Assembly (NCBI GenBank): GCA_012295275.1
Contig: CM022679.1
Coordinates: forward strand, 20,088,001-20,152,000
Length of the DNA: 64,000 nt
DNA from: Chrysomallon squamiferum
Lineage: Eukaryota; Animalia; Mollusca
Direction of reading: 5' to 3'
In this document: positions 15,901-28,467 of the stretch, piece by piece
Layout: the number at the start of each line of letters is the position of its first letter
How positions within the stretch are numbered: the stretch's first letter is position 1
The notes under the pieces: generated by a model
The model's input: the letters and a program-made list of their open reading frames with translations, nothing else
Database searches by the model: none
What the model was told of the DNA's origin: nothing
Made by a program: the position numbers and the translations under genes

Positions 15901-18166
15901 GATCAAAAAGAAACTTGAAGCTGACTGGAAAGCATACCCTATTATTTATAATAAGAAATGGCAAATTTCAATAAATACTATGAAATCAGGATACTTTAAT
16001 TTTTTTCTATTTTTGCCATGAATTAAATCTGGGGAAAAAAAAGAAGAAAGCTACAAACAATCTTGTATGTAAGTAAGCTATGTACCAATTGTAAATATAA
16101 AATTCTATTAATTGTTGTCATACTGAGAAATAAATGTGCCATCATTTTCTGTTGTTTTCAAAAAATAAAGTACTAATTTATATAAACTAAAAATTATTCT
16201 GAAATGTTATCCTATTTTCCACAACATATGTTGCAACAGCAAATAATGTATAGCTGTAACTAACACATTTTTAGTAATTAAAGTTATGGGTTAATGAATA
16301 CAGGAGTTAGTACCTGCATTAAGGTCTTCTTTTGAACCAGACTGAGCCGGCAAAGTCAGGACAACATTTGAAGCCTTATGCAATTCTGGGCTGGCTGTTT
16401 GGCCTTCCTCAGCTTCAAATTCAGATGGGGATGTGGTGATGTTTTTTGTTTGAGCACTACCATTTTGAGTCAAAGATAGTTCTGGGGTATCTGCAGAATC
16501 ATCTTCAGAATCCTGCTGAACAAAAGATTACTACAGTTTGTGTCTGAAGGTAAATGTGTAGTTGTATTATTAAATTAATCTACTGACAAGAAATTCTTCA
16601 TTTAAACACATACCTATGCTTATGGTAAGCAATTAATTTTTACATAAAGCCTTTAAAAAGAAAAGCGATGACAACCAACATCACACTTCATCCACAAAAT
16701 AATAAGTGCATTACTGAAATGCATATCCAAGCTTGAATCTTTCCAGTCTTATTATTGAAAGCATATTCAAAACAAAATTAAAAAAGTATTTATCTTAATA
16801 CCTGATCTTGCAGAGCTGCTAAAACTATCTTCAACCTGTTTAATTCTTTCAAAGCAATGGGATGCTATAAGATAAATTATAAAATATTAGCCATGTTTGT
16901 ATTTTTTATAATTAACTTTTTGATTTCTTTTTTTAATAACAGAATGAATTATGAAAGAAAGCAACAGTTCTTGTGTATACAATTACTATATTTATATGCC
17001 AGAAATCAAAATTTCTTCTTCTACTTCGTATTTATTATATAATTTTCCATAAACGACCACACAACTAATGTAAATGACTTTTGACAGTAAAGGTGAACTG
17101 TAATATGTATTGGTGTGTATAAAGAATACATTGTATACCCTTTACCTGTGGACATTTCTTTTCCCATTCACTTGCTAAATCAAAAGCCTCTTGGAAATGT
17201 CCGAGATGACAAAGAACTTTAACCTTTTTTTCCAAAAGTTTGTCATTTTCAGGTTCATTTTGAAGAGCTGAAGAGTGAATTACAGATTTCTTACACATAT
17301 TAAAAAATAAAGAAAAAATGCAACTGGAAGAAAAAGCATATATATTTTTTTGCAATATTACTTATGCATACATATTCACATACACAACTAATTTTTATTA
17401 TATGAATAGAGATAAACAGTGTTGACAATAAAAATAACAAATGTTTTGACCACATTCCAATGTAATAAAGGACTTTAACACACAATAAATTGATGCAGCA
17501 AGAAATATTACAAGGCAACATACATTATCTGAATAGCTTCCAAAGCCAGGTTAGTAGTGATTTTTTTCTTGATTTTTTTAAATTATAAAATACATGTAAT
17601 CACAAACTATTTATGAATCTATTCAATGTGATAATCATAATGGGTGGAAAAATAAAGGTGACAAATCATACCTTCATCACACACATCTAATGCCTCCGAG
17701 TATTGTCTCTGAAACATTAAAAATTAAATAATGTATCTAAAAGAAATTGATATAAAATACATATGACATCTAATATCGACATTAAATTAAGTATAATCAG
17801 TATATCAAAAACATGCAGCTGATAATTATTAATTTTAATGTATGTTTAAATGTTAATACAGAAAAAAATTACATTTACAATACACATTATAACATGAAGT
17901 TGCATCACTAATAGAATGTCAGATAACAAAATTGATAATAAAATGTTTACCTGTTTGAGCAAGGCCGTGATGTTACTTAGATATTCAGCAAGGGATGTTG
18001 CGTCTGATGATGTTTCCAATTTGTCCAAAATGCCCTTTGTTTGACGGGACAAACCACCATCATCTGATTTGCCTGTGACATCTAAAAGTGTGTCATGTGT
18101 TGTTGTACAGGTGAGATGGCCTTCTCCAGCTTCATTGTGGAGAACATCAGAGGCCCGGTCATCCAT
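3960..18166 (-). CDS. HELZ: HELZ, helicase with zinc finger (UPF1-like SF1 RNA helicase), about 1690 aa, 23 coding exons
   Basis: GT-AG exons that join in frame (minus strand, 5' to 3'): 18166-17951, 17708-17672, 17267-17146, 16864-16802, 16512-16314, 15782-15605, 15233-15035, 14212-14105, 13732-13553, 13233-13034, 12198-12022, 11740-11512, 10908-10798, 10586-10462, 10075-9866, 9342-9080, 8650-8532, 8061-7768, 7514-7407, 7128-7053, 6810-6615, 6207-5925, 5339-3960; total 5073 nt. Motifs: WTFRAPPRG followed by a CCCH finger, VQFQLNRLP, Walker [52 protein letters not shown]2 [10 protein letters not shown], Pro-rich tail. Confidence 0.95.
5812..5847. repeat. 17-bp tandem duplication (GAATCAATTGTATTGTA x2) in the last HELZ intron
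   Basis: Exact adjacent repeat read directly from the sequence. Confidence 0.9.
6063..6092 (-). other. PAM2 (PABP MLLE-binding) motif in [14 protein letters not shown]
   Basis: Matches the LNPxAxEFxP consensus and lies just after the helicase domain, as in known HELZ proteins. Confidence 0.9.
11083..11352. mobile_element. Degenerate Tc1/mariner-pogo-like MITE fragment in a HELZ intron
   Basis: GC-richer island. Its right end reads CAGTAGTACCTCGAGTTCCGAGT on the minus strand, resembling Tigger/pogo termini. The left TIR is too degenerate to confirm. Confidence 0.4.
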
Positions 18167-20817
18167 CACCAATCACATGACGCATTGGTCTAGTGTCAGG
18201 AAGCAGACCACATGTGCTGAAAAATGTTCCAAATTTCCATTTAAATTTTTCAGTTCCCCAAAAGAAAACTTCTATTTTGTGTGTGTGTGCGTGTATGCAC
18301 ATGTTTGTGGACATGCATAATATGCTCATATTAACCATACACTACTCTATATTGTTTACTTTTCATATATTATATTAATGATATAAAATAAATATTTTTG
18401 AACTGGGAACTTTTTTTTTATGGCTAATGACATCTGATGACCCTGATGATATTATTAGTTTGTTTATTTTGTTTTGGTGACCTAAAATCAGCATTATGAA
18501 AATGCATATTTGAACTAAATATTTCCCCTTTAACACAAGTTGTTTTAACACAATGATTCACTGTAAAATATTAATAAATAAACTCTTGTACTGTTTTCTT
18601 TTTAAAGGAAAACAGTAAAGTAAATTTAACTTGAGATATTTATCCTACTGAAAGCATACAAAGTAATTTGTCTTTTTCAGATATTGTTTGGGAATTAAAT
18701 CATGTTGAATTGACAATCATTTTAAGATTTTTCTCATTACAACTAAAAAATTGCTCTTAAAACAGCATAATAATGGTAATAATAAAACAAATAAAGCGCT
18801 CAATTTATTTTTTTAAATATCAAGGAACTGATGATTTTAGGATTTTTGAACAATACCAAAATTTCTTTTTCATATGAATATTTATATATTTCACATAAAA
18901 AGGTCAGCACTAGCATACTAGTAATTCTAACTAATAATAATTAAGATCCCAAGTATCTGTATCTCCATCTGTATGATATCTAATACTTCAGATAAGCCAG
19001 TTTCATAAATAAATAAAAAAATTATCTTCTGTACCTATCTATTAATATCAACTTTACATAATCTATTAGATCCATTAACGAATGACATTCCAAAAACAAC
19101 TATGTTCAGAAAAATCTTCTTCTTTTTTTCGTCTCTTTTCAAAACTAAAATTACTGATAATTTTTAAAACAATACATTTCCTATTAGTTATTACACTGGA
19201 ATAGGAATCTTACTGTTTGTAGTAAAATTGGCCATTGGTTTATTTCTACAATAACTGGCTAACAGAATTTGCTAAACACTGTTTATTCATTTGATAGCAT
19301 ATAATGCATATTACTGCAATAATAACTGAGCTATGGACATTTCAAAAATGTTTAAAGGTATATAGCCAAATGAACAGTTAAATAATTGATATATATTAAG
19401 GATGATATGTAGCAACCAAACATTAGGAAATAGTACTTCTCAACTGCCAATGTGAACAAAACAAAAACAAAATTTAGTAGTCTTCAAATAATGGGGAAAA
19501 TGTTACAGTATCTTTTAAACAAAGTACAAAATTGACCTTATGTATTGAAAGGTGATATTTTTAATGAGAACAATGAAGTCTTACACCTTTGAAATGTGTG
19601 TGTGTGTGAATGTATGCATATGCATGTGTATAAGATAGAAAAAGGTGTCTGAAGTTGCAATTTAAATTTCTAGTCCTCATTTTTACCCCCACACACACAC
19701 ACATGCTAAACGTAATATCCTTATAAAAAAAACGGTTATAAAAATTAATTTTTGATACGTTGGAATATCTTTTAATTTTTGTTTTATAGTTATAAACAAA
19801 AAACCTTTTGCTGCCATTGTAAGGCCTATTCCTAAGACTTAGCAAGAAAATGCTACTATACATTTTTACATATAAAGAATTTTTTAACGTCAAAATAAAT
19901 GTTATTTATAAATAGTATGTTGCTTGTGATAGATCAGTAAAAGTGTAATATTTGGTAATGGCACTAGTTCAAACTGACACATTAGGTTATTAATAATAAA
20001 AAACTGGTCTTGTAAGAACAAAACAATTTTACCAATGACACAAGAATTCAACAAATAACAGTATGCTTCATTGAGTCATTAAAAGTTTACAAATACAAAG
20101 TACCAATAGATATAGTTTGGACATAGCTTATAAAAAATTGTCATTTCTATACACAGTTAAACTCATAATCACAGTTCATTGATATTATTATATTTATAGT
20201 AAAAACTGGAAAAAACGTTTTACAGAAAAATATTTGATTTGGAAATGTCACTATGTTTTAACTATGTTTCAGAACTTGTTTCAAGTTTTAGTCTATTGAT
20301 TAAAACAAGTTAAGTATAAGATGAGGAACCATGATCGAATCTGGTGTTCTTTTAAAAAATATATAAAAATAGTAATAATAATGAATAATAATAAAAATAA
20401 AAAATCGTGGAGGAAAGAAAAGAAAAGAAAAAACATGCTTCTCTCTTGCCAAAACTGATATCGAATAGCAAAGTATAAATAAAAATCTGATAACCGATTT
20501 ATCCATCATCCGATTAATGATTTAAAATATTTCAATTAATTATTGTTATTTATGAAGATAACAGCTGCTGTTGTGTTCGTATTATTTTCTGTTGATGTAA
20601 GAACGTGTTCTCTTTTAGCAGCATGGAGGGAACAAAGATAGTATGGCGTTGATGTCAAAGCATTTGCAGTACAGTACGATAACCCATTAATAAATAACGC
20701 TAGGAAAGGTTGCATTCAATAATACCTACTAATCCCTACATTAGCATAAATTTGTCTGCGTTGGTGAAATATATAATTTTCTGTTATGTTCTGTTTGGGT
20801 TGCAATCACCTGTTACA

Positions 20818-20845
20818 ACTTCCGGTTGTTTATTTGATGACGTCA
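20818..20845. promoter_or_regulatory. ETS (ACTTCCGG) and full CRE (TGACGTCA) sites; candidate HELZ-proximal promoter
   Basis: ACTTCCGG at 20818-20825 and palindromic TGACGTCA at 20838-20845, in a locally CpG-containing patch between the divergent HELZ and RBBP6 genes. Confidence 0.5.
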
Positions 20846-20920
20846 GCTACACTTTCTTGGCTACTATTTAGTAAATATCCATAAACACTATTAGACCGCA
20901 TGTTATGACACTTTTTTCTT

Positions 20921-20954
<34 letters not shown>

Positions 20955-20985
<31 letters not shown>

Positions 20986-21010
20986 GTAGTAGTAGTAGTA
21001 GTAGTAGTAG
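20955..21010. repeat. Compound (TTA)n(GTA)n microsatellite preceded by poly-T
   Basis: Read directly from the sequence. Confidence 0.9.
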
Positions 21011-22113
21011 AATTTAAATATAATTATTCATCATCTGAGAAATATATACATACTACATATAATAAACATAATTTCCAAAGCAATGTGTACAGCCATTTAT
21101 GTTTTATTCTTTAACGATATTCTTTATTATTATTTTAAATCCTTTATTTTGTACACAACAGCAGAAAATTCACATAGAAATAACACATACACGTAAATAT
21201 ATATAATTAATTATTTTAATCCCAAAACTACATATTAGCATGGTATGTTATTATTATCATCATCATTAATGTTGGTGTTCATGAAGACCTGACCTGGAAA
21301 TGTGAAGATTCGTTTCCTTATGCATGTGTGGCGTTATTGCTTGGTTATGCTTTAATATTATATCAAATAGAGATGCATACAGAAATTTAATGTGCGGTGA
21401 TTTTTAATAACTGACTTCTGAATAAACCATAAAACAAAAATCTCCAAGACTTCGTGATTTATGACCACAACAAGAAGAAAAAGAAGTAGAAAGAATAAAT
21501 GGATACCCATTGAGAAAAAATATTGCATTCTTATTACAGTTCTAAAATAAAACAAATAAAGCTTTGTATTTTAGTGCAAATAATAATAATAATAAATATT
21601 GACAATAATTTCGTTTTGATCAATTACATTTTGTTAATATGTTCTAGGGAAAATTAGCTAATATATATTTCTTCTTAACTTTTCTTATGACATGAAAACA
21701 CATATGTGTGTTTTGTAACGTTTTAAAATTATTATTTAATTAGCCGGGTAGAAGCTCTAATAATTTATAAATGAAGTATATTTATGAACAGACAGGTTAA
21801 ACTATAATTGTGATAACATAATCAGTTTAGTTACTAGTAGCATTAACGTATTACTGAACACTGCGAGAATTTGCGTGTTTTAACGTGATTACAATTGTGC
21901 TGTGAATGCATGGTGCGCGTTTGTAAATTGTTGAAGTCAACAAAGGTGTAATGTAGTTTTGTAATTTTGAAATTTTGTACGGAGTTTCCTTTCACCGCTG
22001 AAGACCTCACATCTTTTCTGAGACAAATCACCTACATACTGGTAGAACTGCTGACATGTAGATGCTGTTTGAAACCTTTGTCACTCGTGGAAACATTTTT
22101 ATTTGATATTTAA

Positions 22114-22125
22114 GACGCCATTTTG
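22114..22125 (+). promoter_or_regulatory. YY1-type motif GACGCCATTTTG near the probable RBBP6 transcription start
   Basis: Matches the CGCCATNTT consensus, about 235 nt upstream of the RBBP6 ATG, in a CpG-richer region (about 21860-22170). Confidence 0.5.
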
Positions 22126-22353
22126 GAATATTTACAAGACCTACATACGTGGAATTGTATTCTACATTTCGACCTTTAAAACTTTAATAGTGTTTTAATA
22201 TGTCTTGTATATTCAATTAATTGTTTTATCCATAAAATGATGTTATCTAAATATGACTGTTATTTTTGTAATCTTCTGAAAAACATCAGTTCATGTTCAA
22301 TATTTTGAATAGATTTTGTTTGCAAGAAAAGAAAGTGTTTCAGTACAGTCACA

Positions 22354-25300
22354 ATGTCGTGTGTTCATTATAAGTTCAAAAGTAGCCTAGACTATCAAAC
22401 AGTTACATTTGATGGACTCCATATTTCACTTGGAGATCTGAAGAAAGCTATAAGTCAACATAAGAAGTTGAAGCCTGGAGAATACAACCTGGAAATAACA
22501 AATGCCCAGACTAGAGAAGGTAATTATCCAAGTACAAAATTGAGACTCTAGGCTTTTTAATATCTAAACCAAATAATTTCGTCGTTTAAGTTAAAAATAA
22601 GGTAAATGTAAGATGGATATTTTTTAAAACCTTTTTATAAATAGCATTTATTTTGACGTTAAAAAACGACCTTTTAATTTTTATATAGTGGAAAGGCATC
22701 ATAATGAATTGCATCAATAATACCAGCTAGTCCAGAATTTTTAGTTTATTTTGTTGTTTGAGAAATGAGGTAGAATCAGACTGAAATTGAAAAATGTCAT
22801 CTGGCTAATTTACAATATGGACAAAATAATATAATTTTTTTGTTTGTTTTAAAGGTAGTTAATATTTTTATTCCCCAATCTTTTTATTTATTTTATTTAT
22901 TTTTATTTGGAAAATGTTGAAGTTGTGATTTAAGAACCAACCATGATGTAAATTGACAATAAATTTTTGTATTAGCTTTATTTCTTTGATTTGTCCAATA
23001 TTTCAACAAATACAATCATCTTTTTTTCATGATTTTATTATTGTTAGATGTATTATGTAGAATGAGAATGATGTTACTGAATTTGATAATCAATTTATAT
23101 TTTTAGTGTATGTTAACAACAGTGAGCTGATCCCTAGAAACTCTTCTGTGATTGTATCAAGAATTCCAATTCAGACAAACACCTCAAACAGTACAAGCAA
23201 GGCATGGTAAGTCACTAACATTAATCATCCACTTAACATTACACTTTTTTATATACACTGAACACCCATAGCTGTGAGCATTTCTAAATAATGATTATTC
23301 ACTTGTCATTATGCGTTTTGTAAAATAATCTGAGTGTTTAACATTTTTGAATTGTTCAGAACAGAAATTATTAACATGAATATGGTAGTTGAAACATCTT
23401 ACCTAACTTGATATTGGCCAACACACTGTACAGTATACAGTGATTCATTCACATTTTCTGCTCTTTGCAAAAATGTCTGATCATTTTTTTTTTAGACTGA
23501 AATGAGAGCTTAAATAGTAATACCATTTAACAGCAATTAAATTTTTAACAGAATTTCCTTTTAACCAGAAACAAAACATTTATGAAAAATAATAATAAAT
23601 ATGGCCAAATGACTAGAAATTTAATTTTAACATTTGTTTTTGGCTTAATTTTATAAGTGTTAAATATTAGAAGTATTCTATCAATAACAAAACCATCATA
23701 ATAAAAATGAAAAGAAACTGTATTGGTGTTTGTTTTTTTGTGGTAAATTAATCCAGCAGTAATACTAAAATTTTATAATTATCTTTTGATTTTATTAGGT
23801 ATTCTAACATAAATTGTATATTTAAGGAAGTTGCTTCAAATTTATTTCAGCTGCTTGTTAAAGTTGACTGTTGTATTTTCTCCCTATTTAATTTTCATTC
23901 ATTGATTTAAAAATTATATTGACCTGTTGCTTTTTGAAAAATGTGCAGTTTATTCAAATTTTTTTTTATTTATTTTACAGGGAGGCTTTCAAGCAAGAAT
24001 GTGCCAAAGCAGTACGTGTCTTTTACTTGTTTATTTGGTAACATTTTCATTCTTTGTTGTTGGCATTTTTATTTTTCTTTATCTTTTTACCAAGTCATCC
24101 TTAAGGTAAGTGTTTCTAATCTTGATAAAAATGCAGATTACCATATTTTATGACTTAAATTTCTTTAATGTATTTGAAATATTTTTTGTATATAAGATTG
24201 TATTGTAAGTAAATGATTATGCCAGAGCCTCAATAATGTATTCTGTAAAATTTGGGTAAGTAACACATTACTGATCTATCTTACAAATAAATGTATAGTA
24301 TCAAATAATATTTAATAAGTTCATTGTATTGTGTACTTAAAATGAACTGATGTCACATAACATTGTCATAAGCATGTTTACATAATGTTATGAATTTCTG
24401 AACAACATTGTTGATAAAATGAAATGATAAATTAATATTTCATATTAACCAAGCAACTCTGGAAACAAAACATGCCATTACTGTGTGTATAAAAATGGGC
24501 ATAAATTAGCTGGAAGAAAAATGTTAACTACAATCTTTAATTATATTAATATTTAAATGGGTTCTATGCAGTTTAGATACCCTGTTAATGTGTATTTCAG
24601 TTCATGGGACATGTTTTGAAAAGTTATAAAATTGCCATATTAAGAACTGCTTAAAGGTCAGTGTAAAGTTTTAAGAAAATGTAAAGACATATGATATTTG
24701 TTGTTTTAAAAAACAAATAAATTATAACTGTTCTGGTAATGATATTTTGAATCCTAAGTTGCTTGACATTTTACTTGGCCCAGATGTTGGTGGCCTACAG
24801 AAAATATCTAATATACTATTCATAATATGTGATGCAGATTATTAATTAATGATAGAATATATATATAGAAAGAGATAACTTTATATGCTTACTTGTGTAC
24901 CAGGTATATCATTTGTGTTTGAATATAATAATGAAAACAGTCTGTTGTAATTTTATCAGTGGTCATATTGTTTTTGTGTAACACATCATTTATTTTATTA
25001 CATTGAAATGTTTAGTTTATATGTAAATTGTTATTTTTAATTATATTATTTGTACAGTTATTATAAACAAAATTGTTAAAATTTGAAACTTGTAATATAT
25101 AGGATAATTTATTTTTAAAAGGTACGTAACCACATTATTTTACATTATTATGCAGTATGGTTGCTTGTTTTCATTACATTGTTATATGACTGTTAATCAA
25201 GTCACAATGCTAAGTTTTGATATTATATTTACATTTGCCTTGAATAACTTGCTAGATGTGTATGTGCGAAAAGCATTTTTAGAGCTATTACAATCATAAT

Positions 25301-28300
25301 AGAAATTTCATCAAAAACAACTGAATCATTTCAAAATAAAGATAATAATATTACTACTACTAATAATAATAACTATTATTATTATTAAAAGCTAATGTCA
25401 TTTCTATAAGATTACGAACACAAAAACAGAATAAAATTACAGAAGGTCAGGGGGAAAAAAATGTACCTTTTTAAAAAAATCTTTAAAACATTTTTTCTGA
25501 TCTTGCTGCATTAATATTAAACTAAGAAACAGTTAATGAATATTAATGCTGTTTGTGATATAAACCCATTTAAAGTATGGTTAGTATTTTAATTCCTGTC
25601 ATTTTTATTTTCTTCATGCAAATTATTGTTTCATTGTATCTATATTGAGGCACAAAATTGCAGTTTAGAGCACATTAAATCAAATCACATTAGTTAGTTA
25701 ATTTGTTTTATCTGGCAAATGTCAAGCATTAAATTCCATTATATATTTAATAAATTATTCCACTGGTTACATGATTTCCTTCATTTAAGTAAATTTGGAA
25801 AATAAAATGAACACCACTGCTTTTTTTAATAGTAGCTTTATTTAAAAAGTTTAATTTTTTTTTTTTTAGTACAAGTTAATTTAACAAATAAATGAAAGTA
25901 CTTTTGAAGAGTTTATTTGACTTCTTTTTTTTTTTTTTTTTGAAATAAAATGAAATAACATTTTAGTGAATTAATTATGCATTTTATTTTATTTTATCAC
26001 ATGTTTGAATTAATTTACTATTTTAAATAATTTAGGAGATAACAATGTATTTTAATTTTATTAACAATGTAACAAGTTGTGCTTCAAATAAAAAATGTTC
26101 AAATCTAGTGTTTGTCCATTGCAGATTGAATGCACACAAAATATGCTATTTTATTTCTTGTACATCAGTTTTCATCTAGTCTTTTGAAACTAATTTTTAA
26201 AAATTAAAAAGGTTCTTGAATAAAATGACAAAATAGATATTTTCTTCTAAATTTGATTATTAACACAAACAAAATATTTGTAAAATGACTGTATTAGAAT
26301 TCAAACTCATTTTTTTTGTTTTATGAAGATTATTCAGAGTAAATTTTTCACTGATTTTCAGTTATACTAATTTAATTAAAATAGTGAATTTAAGAATAGA
26401 AAAATAATCGTTATAGTAATGAAAATACTTGAATAATTATTAATGAATCTCAGAATATTATATTGATAAATTTAACAAAAAAACTCCAATAACAAACATC
26501 AAAATTGATTTACAAGAATTTAAATTATATTTTTTAATGTAATTATAAATAAGCATGTATTGCTGATCTATAAAATCAGCCAGTGTCAATTTCCTTTTCC
26601 AGAATTAATGACACTATAACTGTAGAGTTCTCAATTGTTCAATGTGTGTTTATAGTTTGAACTGCTTTTAAACACAAATTGAAGATTTACTGAATAAAGA
26701 TAAATTGTACAGAAGTGCTTCAACATACTTCCATTTTGTTTTATTAGTAATTATATTTATTCATCTCATGTAATCAGCCAGAATGCTTTCATCTCCACTG
26801 CTGATTGGTGTTTTCTGTTGGGAGAAAATCTGGTTTAGAAAATAATTTGCAGTTACCACTTAGTTGCTGTTATGTGTGACAAACTGTTCAGTGATATTTG
26901 GATAAGTAGTCACTTGAACGTCGTTGTTTAGTGATGCCCACATGACTATCATGAAAGTGTACCTTTTTTGCCTATTTACAGTTACAGAGGCATCACCTTT
27001 TTTCTTTTCTTTTTTATTATTTGTTTTATTAAGGTACTTAATATTAAAAAGCATTTTTTTCAAATCATGGTTATGTTGCACCCAGTTTAACTTCCAACAT
27101 TTCTTTAATGAAAAAGAAATGTTTTGTTAAAAAATGCAATAATTTGGTTAATTATAGGAATCAAATCTTATTAATCTATCTCATCTAGTGCCAGTAATTG
27201 GTATTTCAGAGACTGGTATGTGTTTTTCTATAGAAAATACTCTTTTGACAGAAGAAAATCATAGGTTTCATTTCAAGACTGGCTGAATGAACAAAATTAA
27301 CATGACAACTAATAACAGATAATTAGCAGCCTCTAATAACGAGGTATTGACTGTAATGTTAGAAATTAGAATAAATTTATTAAATATATTTTGTAATAAC
27401 TATTTTATAATAATAACCACTTCTGTAATAAAGGTCCAATCTGTAACGAGATTTGGTACATATTTGGTTATAAAATTTGAATCATTCTGTAATAAGCTAT
27501 GTATATGGTCGTATGATATATGCATTTTGATCTAGTGTGATATGATTTAACTTGACTAACAGACATGGTTACTGCATTACACCTCCTCAATGAACCTAAT
27601 TATAGTTGGGCCTGAGCAGGATAAAGACAATGCCTTAATGCAGGAACCACTTATTTCTTTTATCCTGCAGACCTAAACAATACAGAAACCAAATAAAACT
27701 CTTTTAATAGCTCACTGCTCTTGGTAGTAGTAGATTCATACTTATTTATTTCATTGTCACCATGTCAAAACAAAACAGTTCAAAATATATACATGAAATA
27801 ACTGGTTACTGTCTTCAGATAACAGCTTTAAGGATACAGCCGATTTCCTAAGATAGTAAATAAGTTATTTCTGTTATCCTTCAATCCAAAATAACAGAAA
27901 TCCTTTATCAATTCACAGCTTTTGGAATTTGATTCCACCTACAAAAACAAAATAGTTCTGATTTGTTTCTGTAAATGAAAACCATCTTCAAAATAATATT
28001 AAGATCTAAGCCAGCAATTAAACACTAAAGAAATTATTTATATAGTAATGTCTTGATTTATGTCATTATGCCTACATTAAATTTGCCTTTTTGCTACTTT
28101 CCTAGTTACATTTCTCTTCACCAAAATGTCAATACATTTTTGAACAATGTCACTTAATAATAAAAGTTTAAGAAACAAAAGCAAAATTTTACCTTAGAAA
28201 ATGTTAACAGTAAAAGCTTTAATTAAAAAACAAAACAAACTTGAACATAATTAAAAGACATTAAAAATGCTAACTGTAAGATTATAGGCAATTAAGAGGT

Positions 28301-28431
28301 AAATGATACAATTTTATTAAATATTTTTTTAAAAATTTGACTAAAATGTTTTTATAGAGTTCACCAGATGCAGTTCATCAAATACTGAAAATAAAGAAAT
28401 TTATTTGTTTTTCATTTCACACCACTAGAGT

Positions 28432-28467
<36 letters not shown>

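Noticed and set aside
16512-16517. NAGNAG acceptor in HELZ (also TAGCAG at 40889-40894 in RBBP6)
   Set aside because: It is a common single-codon ambiguity in low-complexity regions with no evident consequence.
20905-21114. Hydrophobic poly-F/L/V ORF resembling a membrane peptide
   Set aside because: It is a translation of poly-T and (TTA)n(GTA)n microsatellites. The same applies to the ORFs at 48448-48666, 54394-54582, 57851-58141 and 59875-60120.
26886-26919. Short hairpin GTTCAGTGAT...GTCACTTGAAC
   Set aside because: It is only about 34 nt with a bulged stem, too short for a pre-miRNA and within chance expectation.
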